From contig OZ245819.1 in NCBI GenBank assembly GCA_965228485.1, forward strand, positions 540,001 through 572,000: DNA of 32,000 nt. Direction: 5' to 3'. Under the pieces are notes generated by a model. The model was not told where the DNA came from and did not search any database. It saw nothing but the letters and a program-made list of their open reading frames with translations. Position numbers and translations under genes: made by a program. Source of the stretch: Candidatus Saccharimonadota bacterium (GTDB taxonomy: Bacteria; Patescibacteriota; Gracilibacteria; UBA4473). Positions 1 to 8,577 of the stretch are shown here, piece by piece (position 1 is the stretch's first letter; each line of letters begins with the position of its first letter).

Positions 1-373
1 TTAGAACCATACCCAGCAGCCCTTTATGTTGAGCGCTCTTACCCAAGAATTTTTGAGATGATCCTCCAAAATTAAACTTCACTGATATTTTTTCCCATAA
101 ATGAGGCAGTAAGAGTGTAAACCCAAAAAAGATAACAATCACACCAGAAAACCATTTCCAGAAGTCTGGATGAATCGTAATGAATGCTGTACTTACTTTT
201 AAAAGCAAAGTGAACAACACAATTGAAAAAGCTAAACTTAAAGTAATCACCAAAGGTCTAATCGGACTTTTATCGGCTAAACTTCCTCCAATAATCACTG
301 GCAAGAGAGGCAAAACACAAGGCGCTAAAACCGTCAAAACTCCAGCAAGAAACGATAACCACAAATATTCCAT
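1..373 (-). CDS. ccdA: CcdA/DsbD-family thiol:disulfide transmembrane electron transporter, N-terminal ~124 codons; the ORF runs off the left edge
   Basis: My own translation of the minus strand from the ATG at 373-371 gives MEYLWLSFLAGVLTVLAPCVLPLLPVIIGGSLADKSPIRPLVITLSLAFSIVLFTLLLKV... and stays open to position 2. It is absent from the supplied track, presumably because it has no stop in the window. It has successive hydrophobic helices and the Cys-in-first-helix motif LAPCVLPLLP typical of CcdA/DsbD. It lies directly downstream of a CxxC lipoprotein. Confidence 0.7.
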   Translation of the reverse strand, partial: MEYLWLSFLAGVLTVLAPCVLPLLPVIIGGSLADKSPIRPLVITLSLAFSIVLFTLLLKVSTAFITIHPDFWKWFSGVIVIFFGFTLLLPHLWEKISVKFNFGGSSQKFLGKSAQHKGLLGMVL

Positions 374-450
374 AAGGCAAAAAAATTAATATCAACTTTT
401 ATATCTTACTCAAAAAACCTTCAACTACCTAAAACCTTATGTCGCTCAAG

Positions 451-1137
451 CTACCGTTGGAACCTCCCAAAGAAGGTAATTAAACTGTCCACATCTGGAT
501 TCGGTGCTTGCCCCATTACTTCTCCCATAGGACTAAAGTATAAAGCCGTTCCCGTACCATCCACCTGGTAATCTTCTACAAATTTTGAGGCTTTATCAAT
601 ATCGGCTTTTAAAATTAGAGCATTAACAAAGGCAAGCTTATCAGCGTTATTTCTTAAAGTTTCATCCCATTGGTCACACACCGTACATCCCTCACTACTG
701 AAATAGATAACCATTGGTCGAATTCCATAAAGCTCATCAAAAGTTTCTTGTAAAAAATCTCGATAGTCAAGCCCAACATCATTAGCCCCCATCTCATCTC
801 GATAAGTGGCATCAGAAATTCGACGTACTTTCACTCGAGCCGCTTGATCTGCTTCTGTTTCCTGAGCAATAACCTCTTCTTCTGTTTTCGCCTCCAACAT
901 TTCATCCGCATCTCCCTCATCAACAACCTCTACAAAAGTTTCTACCTCTTCCACTGGAATCGCCTTAACCGCTTCTTCAAACTCGTCTTCAAGATTTGTT
1001 TCTGGTTCTTCTGGAGCCACTGGCTCCTCTGGTACTTCAACAACTGGCTCTTCTGGAACGACTGGTACTTCTGGATCTTTTCCAAAACATCCCATTAAAA
1101 GAATTAACAACGAAAACAGAACCCAAAACTTAGACAT
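451..1137 (-). CDS. Exported lipoprotein with an acidic P/E/V linker and a C-terminal thioredoxin-like CxxC domain
   Basis: ATG at 1137 gives MSKFWVLFSLLILLMGC, a lipobox (LLMGC). The track start at 1146 is a TTG. A PEEPVVEVPEEPVAPEEPE linker follows, then VIYFSSEGCTVCDQWDE, a CTVC motif in a thioredoxin-fold context. It sits 77 nt upstream of ccdA on the same strand. Confidence 0.6.
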   Translation of the reverse strand: MSKFWVLFSLLILLMGCFGKDPEVPVVPEEPVVEVPEEPVAPEEPETNLEDEFEEAVKAIPVEEVETFVEVVDEGDADEMLEAKTEEEVIAQETEADQAARVKVRRISDATYRDEMGANDVGLDYRDFLQETFDELYGIRPMVIYFSSEGCTVCDQWDETLRNNADKLAFVNALILKADIDKASKFVEDYQVDGTGTALYFSPMGEVMGQAPNPDVDSLITFFGRFQR

Positions 1138-1226
1138 TGAAAACAAAATTTATAAATCCTTAATATTCTATTAATTCTACCGAATATAAACAACATTTTG
1201 TTTTCAAAGCGACAAAAACCAATACT

Positions 1227-2021
1227 ATGCCCAAGATTATGGAAGCAATAGCACAACACTATCAGACCGTTGTCCAGGGAGTAAAGACTCACTTTATCCG
1301 TATAGGAAAAGGTAAAAATACAATTGTGTTTTTACATGGTTGGGGAGGATCAACTAATAGTTTTTTTGAACTCGCTTTAGAACTTTTTAAAAAACGTCCC
1401 GATCTTGATATTATTCTTCTAGACTACCCTGGATTCGGACTTACAGGAAATCCTGAATCAGAAGGCTGGACCACTCATCAATATGCTGATTGGATGCAAG
1501 AATTCTGTGATGAACTCAACCTCAAAAAACCTCATTTTTATGTTCATTCTTTTGGTGGACGAGTTTTAGTCAGAGCTCTTCTTAAAAATCCTAATCTAGG
1601 GGGAAAATTAGTATTTACTGGAGCTGCAGGAATCAAATGGCCTCTAACTTTTAGAGAAAAATGTTCTTTTTTTATTAGCAAAAGATCCTCAAAAGCAAAA
1701 AAAGCTCTTCCTCAAAAATTACAAAAATTCATTATCACCAAAATTTTTGGCGCTCGTGATTGGGGAGCCGTAGCACCAGACCTTAAAAACACACTCAAAA
1801 AAGTAGTAGAAGAGGAAGATTTCAGAGACCAACTTCCCAATATTAAAAATCAAAGCCTTATTTTCTGGGGAGCTAACGACACAATTACACCTCTAAAATC
1901 TGGAAAGGTATATGCCGAAAAACTTCCAAACAATGAACTTGTTGTTTTCGAATCAGGACGACACGGAATTCATTACACCCATAAACAAGCGATAATTGAT
2001 AAGCTTGTTGAATTTCTTTAA
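1227..2021 (+). CDS. Alpha/beta-fold hydrolase
   Basis: HG oxyanion motif in IVFLHGWGGS; nucleophile elbow YVHSFGGRV (a GxSxG variant); C-terminal ESGRHGIHYTH carrying the candidate catalytic His. 264 aa. Confidence 0.8.
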   Translation: MPKIMEAIAQHYQTVVQGVKTHFIRIGKGKNTIVFLHGWGGSTNSFFELALELFKKRPDLDIILLDYPGFGLTGNPESEGWTTHQYADWMQEFCDELNLKKPHFYVHSFGGRVLVRALLKNPNLGGKLVFTGAAGIKWPLTFREKCSFFISKRSSKAKKALPQKLQKFIITKIFGARDWGAVAPDLKNTLKKVVEEEDFRDQLPNIKNQSLIFWGANDTITPLKSGKVYAEKLPNNELVVFESGRHGIHYTHKQAIIDKLVEFL

Positions 2022-2022
2022 T

Positions 2023-3354
2023 CTACCAAAATAACCAGTTAAGCAATCGCTGCAGAACCCCCCAAATTGCAGATGATGGACTTGGAGTGTCTATCTCTGT
2101 TTCTAACTCATCATTAGCGGATCTTCTTGGTATTCTAACCCTTGAAGATTTATCGTGAGTATCAATGCGAGTAACCTTATTTGTTTCAACCATTTCTTTA
2201 TCCAATAACCGAAAGAAGAAACTATCCTGCTTTTTATCAATCGATTTTGTAATATCGGTATGTCTCGAAGTATTTTTTATCATCGGCTTATTCATGCGCA
2301 TCTTTGGCTCAGTACTATAAGGCGTCACGGCTTGATTTTTTAAATCTTCTAAAACCGATCCTGTATAGATTTCACTCCCTTCGTAAACAACATTCTTGTC
2401 ACGTGCCAAATTATAACGAATAACCTCAAAACTTGGTCCATCTACAAAATCAGGAAGTTTCTCATACACTACATCTGCATTACGAAAATTTAATCGAGTG
2501 ACATAATATACCCCATTTTTATCCTGCAAATATTTCCCACTTTTAAAGTGAACTTTAAAAGAATCTGCATCAAATTCATACAAGGGGGTTTCATAAAAAT
2601 ATACCTGATTTTCATCCCGAAAAAACCCATGGCTATAGTACTCGATATAAGGAGCCGAACTACCGATTACATGACCTTCAAAATAAAACTGATTTTCATC
2701 TGCTGCTAATAATTTTTGGTTTCCAAAAACTGAAAAACTTTCGTTATCAGCCCCATCTAACAAAGTAACTTCATCTCTCATAACATAATAAACTCCAGTA
2801 GAATCCACTATATAGTTATCGAAAGCTCTAAAAGTATTAGGGTCAAACAATGTTTTTTCCCCATTTTTATAGACTCCAGAATGAGTTACTGCATATCCCT
2901 TCTCTACTTTTTGGATCGGAAATGGAATTTTATTACCTTCATAAAAATAATTATATCCAAGCTGGTAGTACCCATATCCCAAATCAACTAATTCGTCTAT
3001 AACTACCTCTCCTTCAATAACCCAGAGTTTGCCATCAGTCCAAACTCCTGGAATATCTGAAGTGGTAAATTCATCAGGGTTAAGCCCCTCTAAAGCCTCT
3101 CCTTCAAAGTAAACATTATTCTTATCAATGGCGTAAGGATTTTCACATTCATCCTCTATAAAAGGTTGAAAACTCCAAATATCTATTCCAACAATCCTTC
3201 TCACAAAAGCATCTAATGCCGTCTCCCCTTCTTTCTGATAACTAACCTCTCCCGCCTGCTTATCAATGACGTACTTTCCAGAAACCTCACAACTTTGAGC
3301 TTCAGCAACACTCAGAAACAGACTCAACAATATCCCTAATGACCACCACTTCAT
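2023..3354 (-). CDS. Secreted protein with repeated DKNxVY motifs (DKNYY-family-like)
   Basis: Signal peptide MKWWSLGILLSLFLSVAEA-Q. Recurrent DKNNVYFEG, DSTGVYYV, DENQVYFY, DKNGVYYV and DKNVVYEG motifs spaced along 443 aa, as in the DKNYY family (assigned from memory of the motif, not from a search). Confidence 0.55.
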   Translation of the reverse strand: MKWWSLGILLSLFLSVAEAQSCEVSGKYVIDKQAGEVSYQKEGETALDAFVRRIVGIDIWSFQPFIEDECENPYAIDKNNVYFEGEALEGLNPDEFTTSDIPGVWTDGKLWVIEGEVVIDELVDLGYGYYQLGYNYFYEGNKIPFPIQKVEKGYAVTHSGVYKNGEKTLFDPNTFRAFDNYIVDSTGVYYVMRDEVTLLDGADNESFSVFGNQKLLAADENQFYFEGHVIGSSAPYIEYYSHGFFRDENQVYFYETPLYEFDADSFKVHFKSGKYLQDKNGVYYVTRLNFRNADVVYEKLPDFVDGPSFEVIRYNLARDKNVVYEGSEIYTGSVLEDLKNQAVTPYSTEPKMRMNKPMIKNTSRHTDITKSIDKKQDSFFFRLLDKEMVETNKVTRIDTHDKSSRVRIPRRSANDELETEIDTPSPSSAIWGVLQRLLNWLFW

Positions 3355-3365
3355 TACTTAATTTA

Positions 3366-3394
3366 TTAGTCATTTTTAGTGTAGTGCATAAGAT
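3366..3394 (+). promoter_or_regulatory. Candidate sigma70-type promoter for the MurF-like gene
   Basis: TTAGTC (3366-3371), 17-nt spacer, TAAGAT (3389-3394). It lies 5 nt before the GTG at 3400 and 11 nt before the ATG at 3406. Confidence 0.35.
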
Positions 3395-3399
3395 ACAAA

Positions 3400-4908
3400 G
3401 TGACAATGAATCTTTATCTAATTGGAATTGGCTTAATAGTAGTTTTGGGTATTAGAACCTTAGGTTGGCATCTACAGTGTTGGCAGTTACGCGAATACCG
3501 AATTGATCGTATGAAAGCCTGGATTAATACCCAGGATGGAAAACAATATTTTATTCCTTGGTTCTTTAGAGGTCTATTACCGCGTCCTAAATTGAGCGGA
3601 AGAATTTGTTTAATAATCTTTTTCACAGGACTATTCGGCCTCCTGATTCTTATGACTGGAATTATTTTTTTAGAACTCTTAGTTCCTGATTCATGTCATG
3701 TTATAGAGTGTAATGAATTTTTTCCGCCAGAATGGCATCCACTTTTAGCTCTAATTATTTGGGAAAGAACCATCTGGCTCCAGACAGGTCTTGCTGTTAT
3801 GATTTCAGGAATTCCTGTAAAAATAAAAAAACAGCTACTCTTTAAAGAGGCCAAAAAAATAATTGATAGATCGGGTGAGAATCTTATCAAAATCGGGATT
3901 ACTGGAAGCTTTGGAAAATCCAGCACCAAAGAACTTCTGGCGCATCTCTTAAAATCTGAATTCGGTGATGAACAAGTTCTGTACAACCCAGCTAATAATA
4001 ACACCGAAGTAGCTATTGCACGACTTATTATTGATAATCAAGATTTCTTCAACCGAACGGATAAAAGATTCTTAGTGATCGAAACAGGAGCTTACCGCAA
4101 AGGAGAAATTGCAACGGTAACCAATATAATTTCAGCCAACTATGGTATTTTAACAGGTCTAAACCAACAACACATTGAACTCTTTGGCTCAATACAAAAT
4201 ATTCGTGAAGCAAAATTTGAACTCGCTGAAGGGACTCAAGACGTTATCTTTTTTAATGGAGACAACCCTTACTTAGTAGAAATATTTGAAGATAGAGATA
4301 TTAAAGCCAGTAAAATCCCCATTAGCTTTAAAGCCGCAAAAAATATAGACGAAAAAATAGATAAAACACATTTCGAGGCATTTGGACAAAGACTCATGCT
4401 CCCATGGCCTGGAAAATTTTTCATACAGAATGCCCTACTCGCTCTGGAATGTAGTCGAGAATGTGGCGTTAAAAGAGAAAATTTTACAAAATATTTAGCC
4501 GCTTTACCCCCTCTAAAAAGAGCGTTAAGCCTAGAAGTTCACCCTCAAGGATTTACACTTTTAAAAGACACTTACTCCGCTAACCCAGACGGAGTACTCA
4601 ATGCTATTGAACATTTAAAAAATTTTTCTGGAAGGAGAATTTTTGTATCCATCCCCCTAAGAGAGCTCGGAGGCGATGCTCAAACGGTCCACGCACAAAT
4701 TTTTGAAAAATTAAAAAGTTTAGATGCTATCGTCTATTGGCAAAAAAATGACTTTTTCGCTCTTGGGCAAGAAATTTTAGGTGATAGTATCCATTCTATT
4801 AACGCCTCAAGGGATCGATTAAAACAGGAGATTAATCATCTAGGTAAAAATGATGTTGTACTTTTGGAGTCCAAACTTTCATCAGATGTAATGAATCTTT
4901 TTAAATAA
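3400..4908 (+). CDS. Mur ligase family protein, MurF-like central and C-terminal domains fused to an N-terminal ~150-aa membrane domain
   Basis: Three hydrophobic helices in aa 1-145 (LYLIGIGLIVVLGI; ICLIIFFTGLFGLLILMTGIIFL; LLALIIWERTIWLQTGLAVMISGI). These are followed by the Mur ligase P-loop IGITGSFGKSSTKELL, NPANNNTEVAIA (cf. MurF NxNNxIG), IETGAYRKGEI and DTYSANPDGVLNAIEHL (cf. MurF DxYNANP). The start could be GTG 3400 or ATG 3406. Confidence 0.75.
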   Translation: MTMNLYLIGIGLIVVLGIRTLGWHLQCWQLREYRIDRMKAWINTQDGKQYFIPWFFRGLLPRPKLSGRICLIIFFTGLFGLLILMTGIIFLELLVPDSCHVIECNEFFPPEWHPLLALIIWERTIWLQTGLAVMISGIPVKIKKQLLFKEAKKIIDRSGENLIKIGITGSFGKSSTKELLAHLLKSEFGDEQVLYNPANNNTEVAIARLIIDNQDFFNRTDKRFLVIETGAYRKGEIATVTNIISANYGILTGLNQQHIELFGSIQNIREAKFELAEGTQDVIFFNGDNPYLVEIFEDRDIKASKIPISFKAAKNIDEKIDKTHFEAFGQRLMLPWPGKFFIQNALLALECSRECGVKRENFTKYLAALPPLKRALSLEVHPQGFTLLKDTYSANPDGVLNAIEHLKNFSGRRIFVSIPLRELGGDAQTVHAQIFEKLKSLDAIVYWQKNDFFALGQEILGDSIHSINASRDRLKQEINHLGKNDVVLLESKLSSDVMNLFK

Positions 4909-6099
4909 ATGAAACTCGTATCAAACCAGATTAGCCCAAATTTAACCGCAACAGATGTCCTATCTGCAGCCTTTGCTTCTGGGAAAAATCTAGATATTAC
5001 TTTTGAACAATTTTTTTGTACAAAAAATTACCTACTTGCTAATTCAGGGCGTACTTGTCTGGGGATTATTGCAGACGTAGTAAATCCAGATAAAAGGAAA
5101 AAAATTGGGCTACCCGCTTTTATTTGCGCCGTTGTAGCTACTCCATTTCTCGAAAGAGGATATGAGATTGAATGGATTGATACTGACGAAAATGGAGTTA
5201 TTGATGCTAATGATTTTAAAGCTAAGGCTGAAAAAATTTCTTTACTCGTTGTTCCCCACATTTTTGGTCAGTCAGCGCCGCTGAAATCAGTTATGGAAAT
5301 TGCTAAAGACAAAGACATATTTGTTGTTGAAGATGGAGCCCATCTAATACGGCAATTAGATCCGCTATACACCCCTCTTGCAGATGCACAGATTTTAAGT
5401 TTTGGAAGAGAAAAAGTCATTAGCTGTGTTTCTGGTGGAGCTTTGCTCTGGGGTGACGCTTCCCCTTTTGCTTCTAAATTCACTGAAGTGGTATTGGTTA
5501 AACCTTCTCTTATCTGGACACTAAAACATATGACTCAACCTATTATTTATTCTCTCAGTTTATTTTGGTGGAACTTGGGAGGAAAAATAATTCCATTTAT
5601 TTTTAGAAAACTAAATTGGATTCCTCTAGCCGTAACTTCCCAAGAAAAAAACGGACACGAAAATTTCCCCCAGACTAGAATGAGTCTTTGGCAAAAAAAA
5701 TTATTGGCTCGGCAATTAACTCTATTCGAGAAAAAAAACATACACACCCAGGCTCTAGCACTCAAATGGGAAGAGGCTTTAAAAACCTTATTCCCAAAAA
5801 CAAAAATTATCCGCCCCATCAATGCCTTTCGCGTTATTATGAAAGGATTAGATCCAAAAACAAAAGAAAAAATTATGAACCTCTCAGGCTTTCACTTGAG
5901 AGATTGGGATGGTGTTCCTATTAGTCCTGACGGGGTTAATTTGAAAAACTTTGGTTACAGACTCGGTCAATGTCCAAAAGCAGAACACTTTGCAAAAAAC
6001 TATATTACCTTCCCAACAAACATTAGAACTCAAAAATCAGATATAAATCGGTTTATTCAAAAAATAACTCTTGAACAAAGCACATCTGACCTTGCATAA
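4909..6099 (+). CDS. DegT/DnrJ/EryC1/StrS-like PLP-dependent (aminotransferase-fold) enzyme
   Basis: The pattern LPAFICAVVATPFLERGYEIEWIDTDENGVID...ISLLVVPHIFGQSAPLKSVMEIAKDKDIFVVEDGAHL...ILSFGREKVISCVSGGALL matches the family layout: small-domain strand, the Asp of the EDxA motif, and the SFxxxK lysine. The ATG abuts the stop of the upstream gene (TAAATG). Confidence 0.55.
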   Translation: MKLVSNQISPNLTATDVLSAAFASGKNLDITFEQFFCTKNYLLANSGRTCLGIIADVVNPDKRKKIGLPAFICAVVATPFLERGYEIEWIDTDENGVIDANDFKAKAEKISLLVVPHIFGQSAPLKSVMEIAKDKDIFVVEDGAHLIRQLDPLYTPLADAQILSFGREKVISCVSGGALLWGDASPFASKFTEVVLVKPSLIWTLKHMTQPIIYSLSLFWWNLGGKIIPFIFRKLNWIPLAVTSQEKNGHENFPQTRMSLWQKKLLARQLTLFEKKNIHTQALALKWEEALKTLFPKTKIIRPINAFRVIMKGLDPKTKEKIMNLSGFHLRDWDGVPISPDGVNLKNFGYRLGQCPKAEHFAKNYITFPTNIRTQKSDINRFIQKITLEQSTSDLA

Positions 6100-6138
6100 T
6101 TATTTTAATAAGCTGATATAGAAAGTCTTTGCCAAAAA

Positions 6139-7500
6139 ATGGCACAAACAATAGAATACACAGGCATGAGCGAACCTACTCCAGAAAATACTCCTGCGGC
6201 ATCACAAAGCCCAACAGAAAACACTCCTGAAGCTAATACTAAAGCACCAGAAGCTGTTTCTGATGAGCCAACTAAAGAGACTTCTACAACAGAAGCTGCT
6301 AAAGCCGCTGAAAATTCTGAAACCCAAAAAACGGAAACAAAGGAAGAAACAAAATCATCAACAAAGGGTAAAAAAACAAAAAAGGAGGCAGGCAAAAAGG
6401 AAGACACAAAAGACAAAAAAATCGATAAAGCAAAGAAGGCTCACAAAAAAAGAGCGGTTCGGAGACATATTTTGTTTTTTCTTATCTGTTTTATATCAGC
6501 CTTTACCGTCTTCTGGACCTTTGCCCATGGATGGCAGACGTTCAAAGCTGGAGAAAATGAAAGCTGGTTTCATGAAGTACTAGGGGCCTTTTGTCTCATA
6601 GGACTTTGCGTGCTTTCGTACTTTAAAATTTATCGACAATCGAGAGTTTATCTCAGTGTTGTAGAACAAAAAGAAGCTGAAGAAAAAGCCGCTCGTGAAG
6701 CCCATGAAAAAATTGAACGAGAGAAAAAAGAAAAAACTTTTCGAAAACTTATTGCCGACTTTCACGCGGCTGAAAGCTTTGAAGCCACAAGTGTTGCAAT
6801 GACAAAACTTCTTACCGTCGGTATTGAATCTCCACGACTACGGCAAGAAATTATTACTATTGTTGGAGAACTTAACAATTGGATGTATGAGAACAAAATT
6901 TTCCTAGCCATTCAGCAACTCATGGCTTGGAGGATTAAAAAAACACTTTTTGAGAAATCTGATAAATTCCAAATTGATACGGGGACTCAAGACCTATCCA
7001 TCAAAGCCATCAATATTATTGAAGCTATTACCAAAAGGCATATTATTGAGTACAAAGAAGGAAAGGTTGATTTTACTCTGGATTTATCAAACATTGCCGT
7101 TCCCACTTTAACGCTTACTTCTCAATACATTCCTGCTGGGAGTGTATTCTTTGAAAACTCAATTTTATGGCAGGCTAGTTTTTCAGAAACTATTATTCAG
7201 GGAACATCTTTTCTAAGCGCTGATCTACAAAAAGCTAGTTTTTGGCGAGCTAAACTCGATAATATTGATTTTGAGAAAGCCAACCTAAAACATGCAAAAC
7301 TAAGAACTGATCTCCAAAAAGCACGAAACCTAAAAGCCCAACAATTCTTTAATACAAAAGAATGGGAACTCTGCTTTATCAGTCGTGATCAGACTAATAG
7401 TTTTTTTCCAGATCAAGACGATTCTAGTCCCAACTGGGAACGATGGATGTCTGCCCGTGACCGACGAGAAAAACTCTACTTTAATTTTGAGCAACTCTAG
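6139..7500 (+). CDS. Membrane protein with a disordered E/K/T-rich N-terminus, two TM helices, a coiled-coil and a C-terminal pentapeptide-repeat domain
   Basis: Low-complexity first ~105 aa. TM helices ILFFLICFISAFTVFWTF and VLGAFCLIGLCVLSYF. EEKAAREAHEKIEREKKEK coiled-coil stretch. Strict 5-residue periodicity over nt 7153-7332: ENSIL WQASF SETII QGTSF LSADL QKASF WRAKL DNIDF EKANL KHAKL. Confidence 0.65.
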   Translation: MAQTIEYTGMSEPTPENTPAASQSPTENTPEANTKAPEAVSDEPTKETSTTEAAKAAENSETQKTETKEETKSSTKGKKTKKEAGKKEDTKDKKIDKAKKAHKKRAVRRHILFFLICFISAFTVFWTFAHGWQTFKAGENESWFHEVLGAFCLIGLCVLSYFKIYRQSRVYLSVVEQKEAEEKAAREAHEKIEREKKEKTFRKLIADFHAAESFEATSVAMTKLLTVGIESPRLRQEIITIVGELNNWMYENKIFLAIQQLMAWRIKKTLFEKSDKFQIDTGTQDLSIKAINIIEAITKRHIIEYKEGKVDFTLDLSNIAVPTLTLTSQYIPAGSVFFENSILWQASFSETIIQGTSFLSADLQKASFWRAKLDNIDFEKANLKHAKLRTDLQKARNLKAQQFFNTKEWELCFISRDQTNSFFPDQDDSSPNWERWMSARDRREKLYFNFEQL

Positions 7501-7509
7501 ATTTTGTTG

Positions 7510-8523
7510 ATGAATACGAATTTAAAAAATATTAGTGCTGAAGAATATCAAACTTTTGTTGATAATGCTTCACGACAAACAACCTTTCTCCAAAGCCAAT
7601 CTTATGGAGAACTTAGAGCCTCTCAAGGTGAAACCATTCACTACCTTGGATTATTTGATGGGGATAATTGCATTGCTACAGCCTTAGTTCAAGAAATTAA
7701 AACAAAGCTTAAAACCTTCTGCCACATTCCTCATGGTCCTGTTTGGAACAATTTGCCAACAGATGACCTATTGAAATCTTTTTTAGAAGCATACAAAGAT
7801 TTTGGAAAATCTCTGAAAGTAGACTTTGTAAGAATTTCTCCTTTTTGTGATTTAGAAGAAAAACATAACTTTAAAGCTGCTGGATTTCGAGATGCAGCTA
7901 TTCATATGGTGAACCCCGAAAAAACTTGGACCTTAGATATTACAAAAAACGAAGAGTCACTCCTTGCTGACATGAAAAAAAGCACACGATATGAAGTGAG
8001 AAAAGGTCTCAAACCAGAGGTAAATTTTGAAGTTAAAAAAGGAAATACAAAAGAAGACTTAGATATTTTTTGGGAATTACACCTTGAGACTGTCGCTCGA
8101 CAAGGCTTTGTTCCTTTTAGTCGAAAAAGTACCGAGAAAGAACTTGAGGCTTTTGGCGCAAACTGCCAAATTATTTCCATTCTTCATGAAAAAAAGCCAC
8201 TCGCTAGCGGTGTTTTTTTGTTCAATAAGAATCAAGGATACTATCATCAAGGAGCTTCTATTTCTTCTAAACTACCAGCAGCCCATGCGTATATCTGGCA
8301 AGCCATTTTAGAAGCCAAATCTAGAGACTGTAAACATTTTAATTTTTGGGGAGTTTGTGATGAAAACAATTCCAAACATCCATGGTTTGGACTCTCAAAA
8401 TTCAAACGTGGTTTTGGTGGCAGTGAAACTGATTATCTACACGTTCAAGATGCCCCTCTATCAACAAAATATTGGCTTACTTTTGGGATAGAAAAATACA
8501 GGCGTTGGAAAAGAGGGTATTAG
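7510..8523 (+). CDS. FemAB-family peptidyltransferase (lipid II amino-acid branch transferase-like)
   Basis: FLQSQSYGELR, KKSTRYEVRKGLK, ETVARQGF and YYHQGASISS...AHAYIWQAILEAKSRDCKHFNFWGV match the conserved blocks of the FemAB/FemX family. The track start at 7504 is a TTG; the first ATG is at 7510. Confidence 0.78.
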   Translation: MNTNLKNISAEEYQTFVDNASRQTTFLQSQSYGELRASQGETIHYLGLFDGDNCIATALVQEIKTKLKTFCHIPHGPVWNNLPTDDLLKSFLEAYKDFGKSLKVDFVRISPFCDLEEKHNFKAAGFRDAAIHMVNPEKTWTLDITKNEESLLADMKKSTRYEVRKGLKPEVNFEVKKGNTKEDLDIFWELHLETVARQGFVPFSRKSTEKELEAFGANCQIISILHEKKPLASGVFLFNKNQGYYHQGASISSKLPAAHAYIWQAILEAKSRDCKHFNFWGVCDENNSKHPWFGLSKFKRGFGGSETDYLHVQDAPLSTKYWLTFGIEKYRRWKRGY

Positions 8524-8577
8524 TTTACCTTTGTTTAGTAGACAAATCTGCATTTTTACGTACCATCGCGCGCGAAT

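Noticed and set aside
180-389. 69-aa + strand ORF in the supplied track
   Set aside because: It lies entirely antisense to a much more convincing CcdA-like reading frame (minus strand, 373 down to the left edge) and has no motif of its own.
844-1292. ORFs at 844-1098 (+) and 1104-1292 (-)
   Set aside because: They are shadow frames of the acidic-linker region of the lipoprotein gene and of the promoter region. The translations are low-complexity F/L/C/W-rich and overlap better-supported genes.
5693-5738. Two A8 homopolymer tracts inside the DegT-like gene as possible phase-variation slip sites
   Set aside because: A-runs of this length are frequent in this AT-rich sequence, both are in frame, and a single sequence gives no evidence of length variation.
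6105-6765. ORFs at 6105-6416 (-), 6263-6583 (+) and 6580-6765 (-)
   Set aside because: They are alternative frames of the purine-rich low-complexity 5' part of the 6139-7500 gene. They are typical shadow ORFs with no independent start context.
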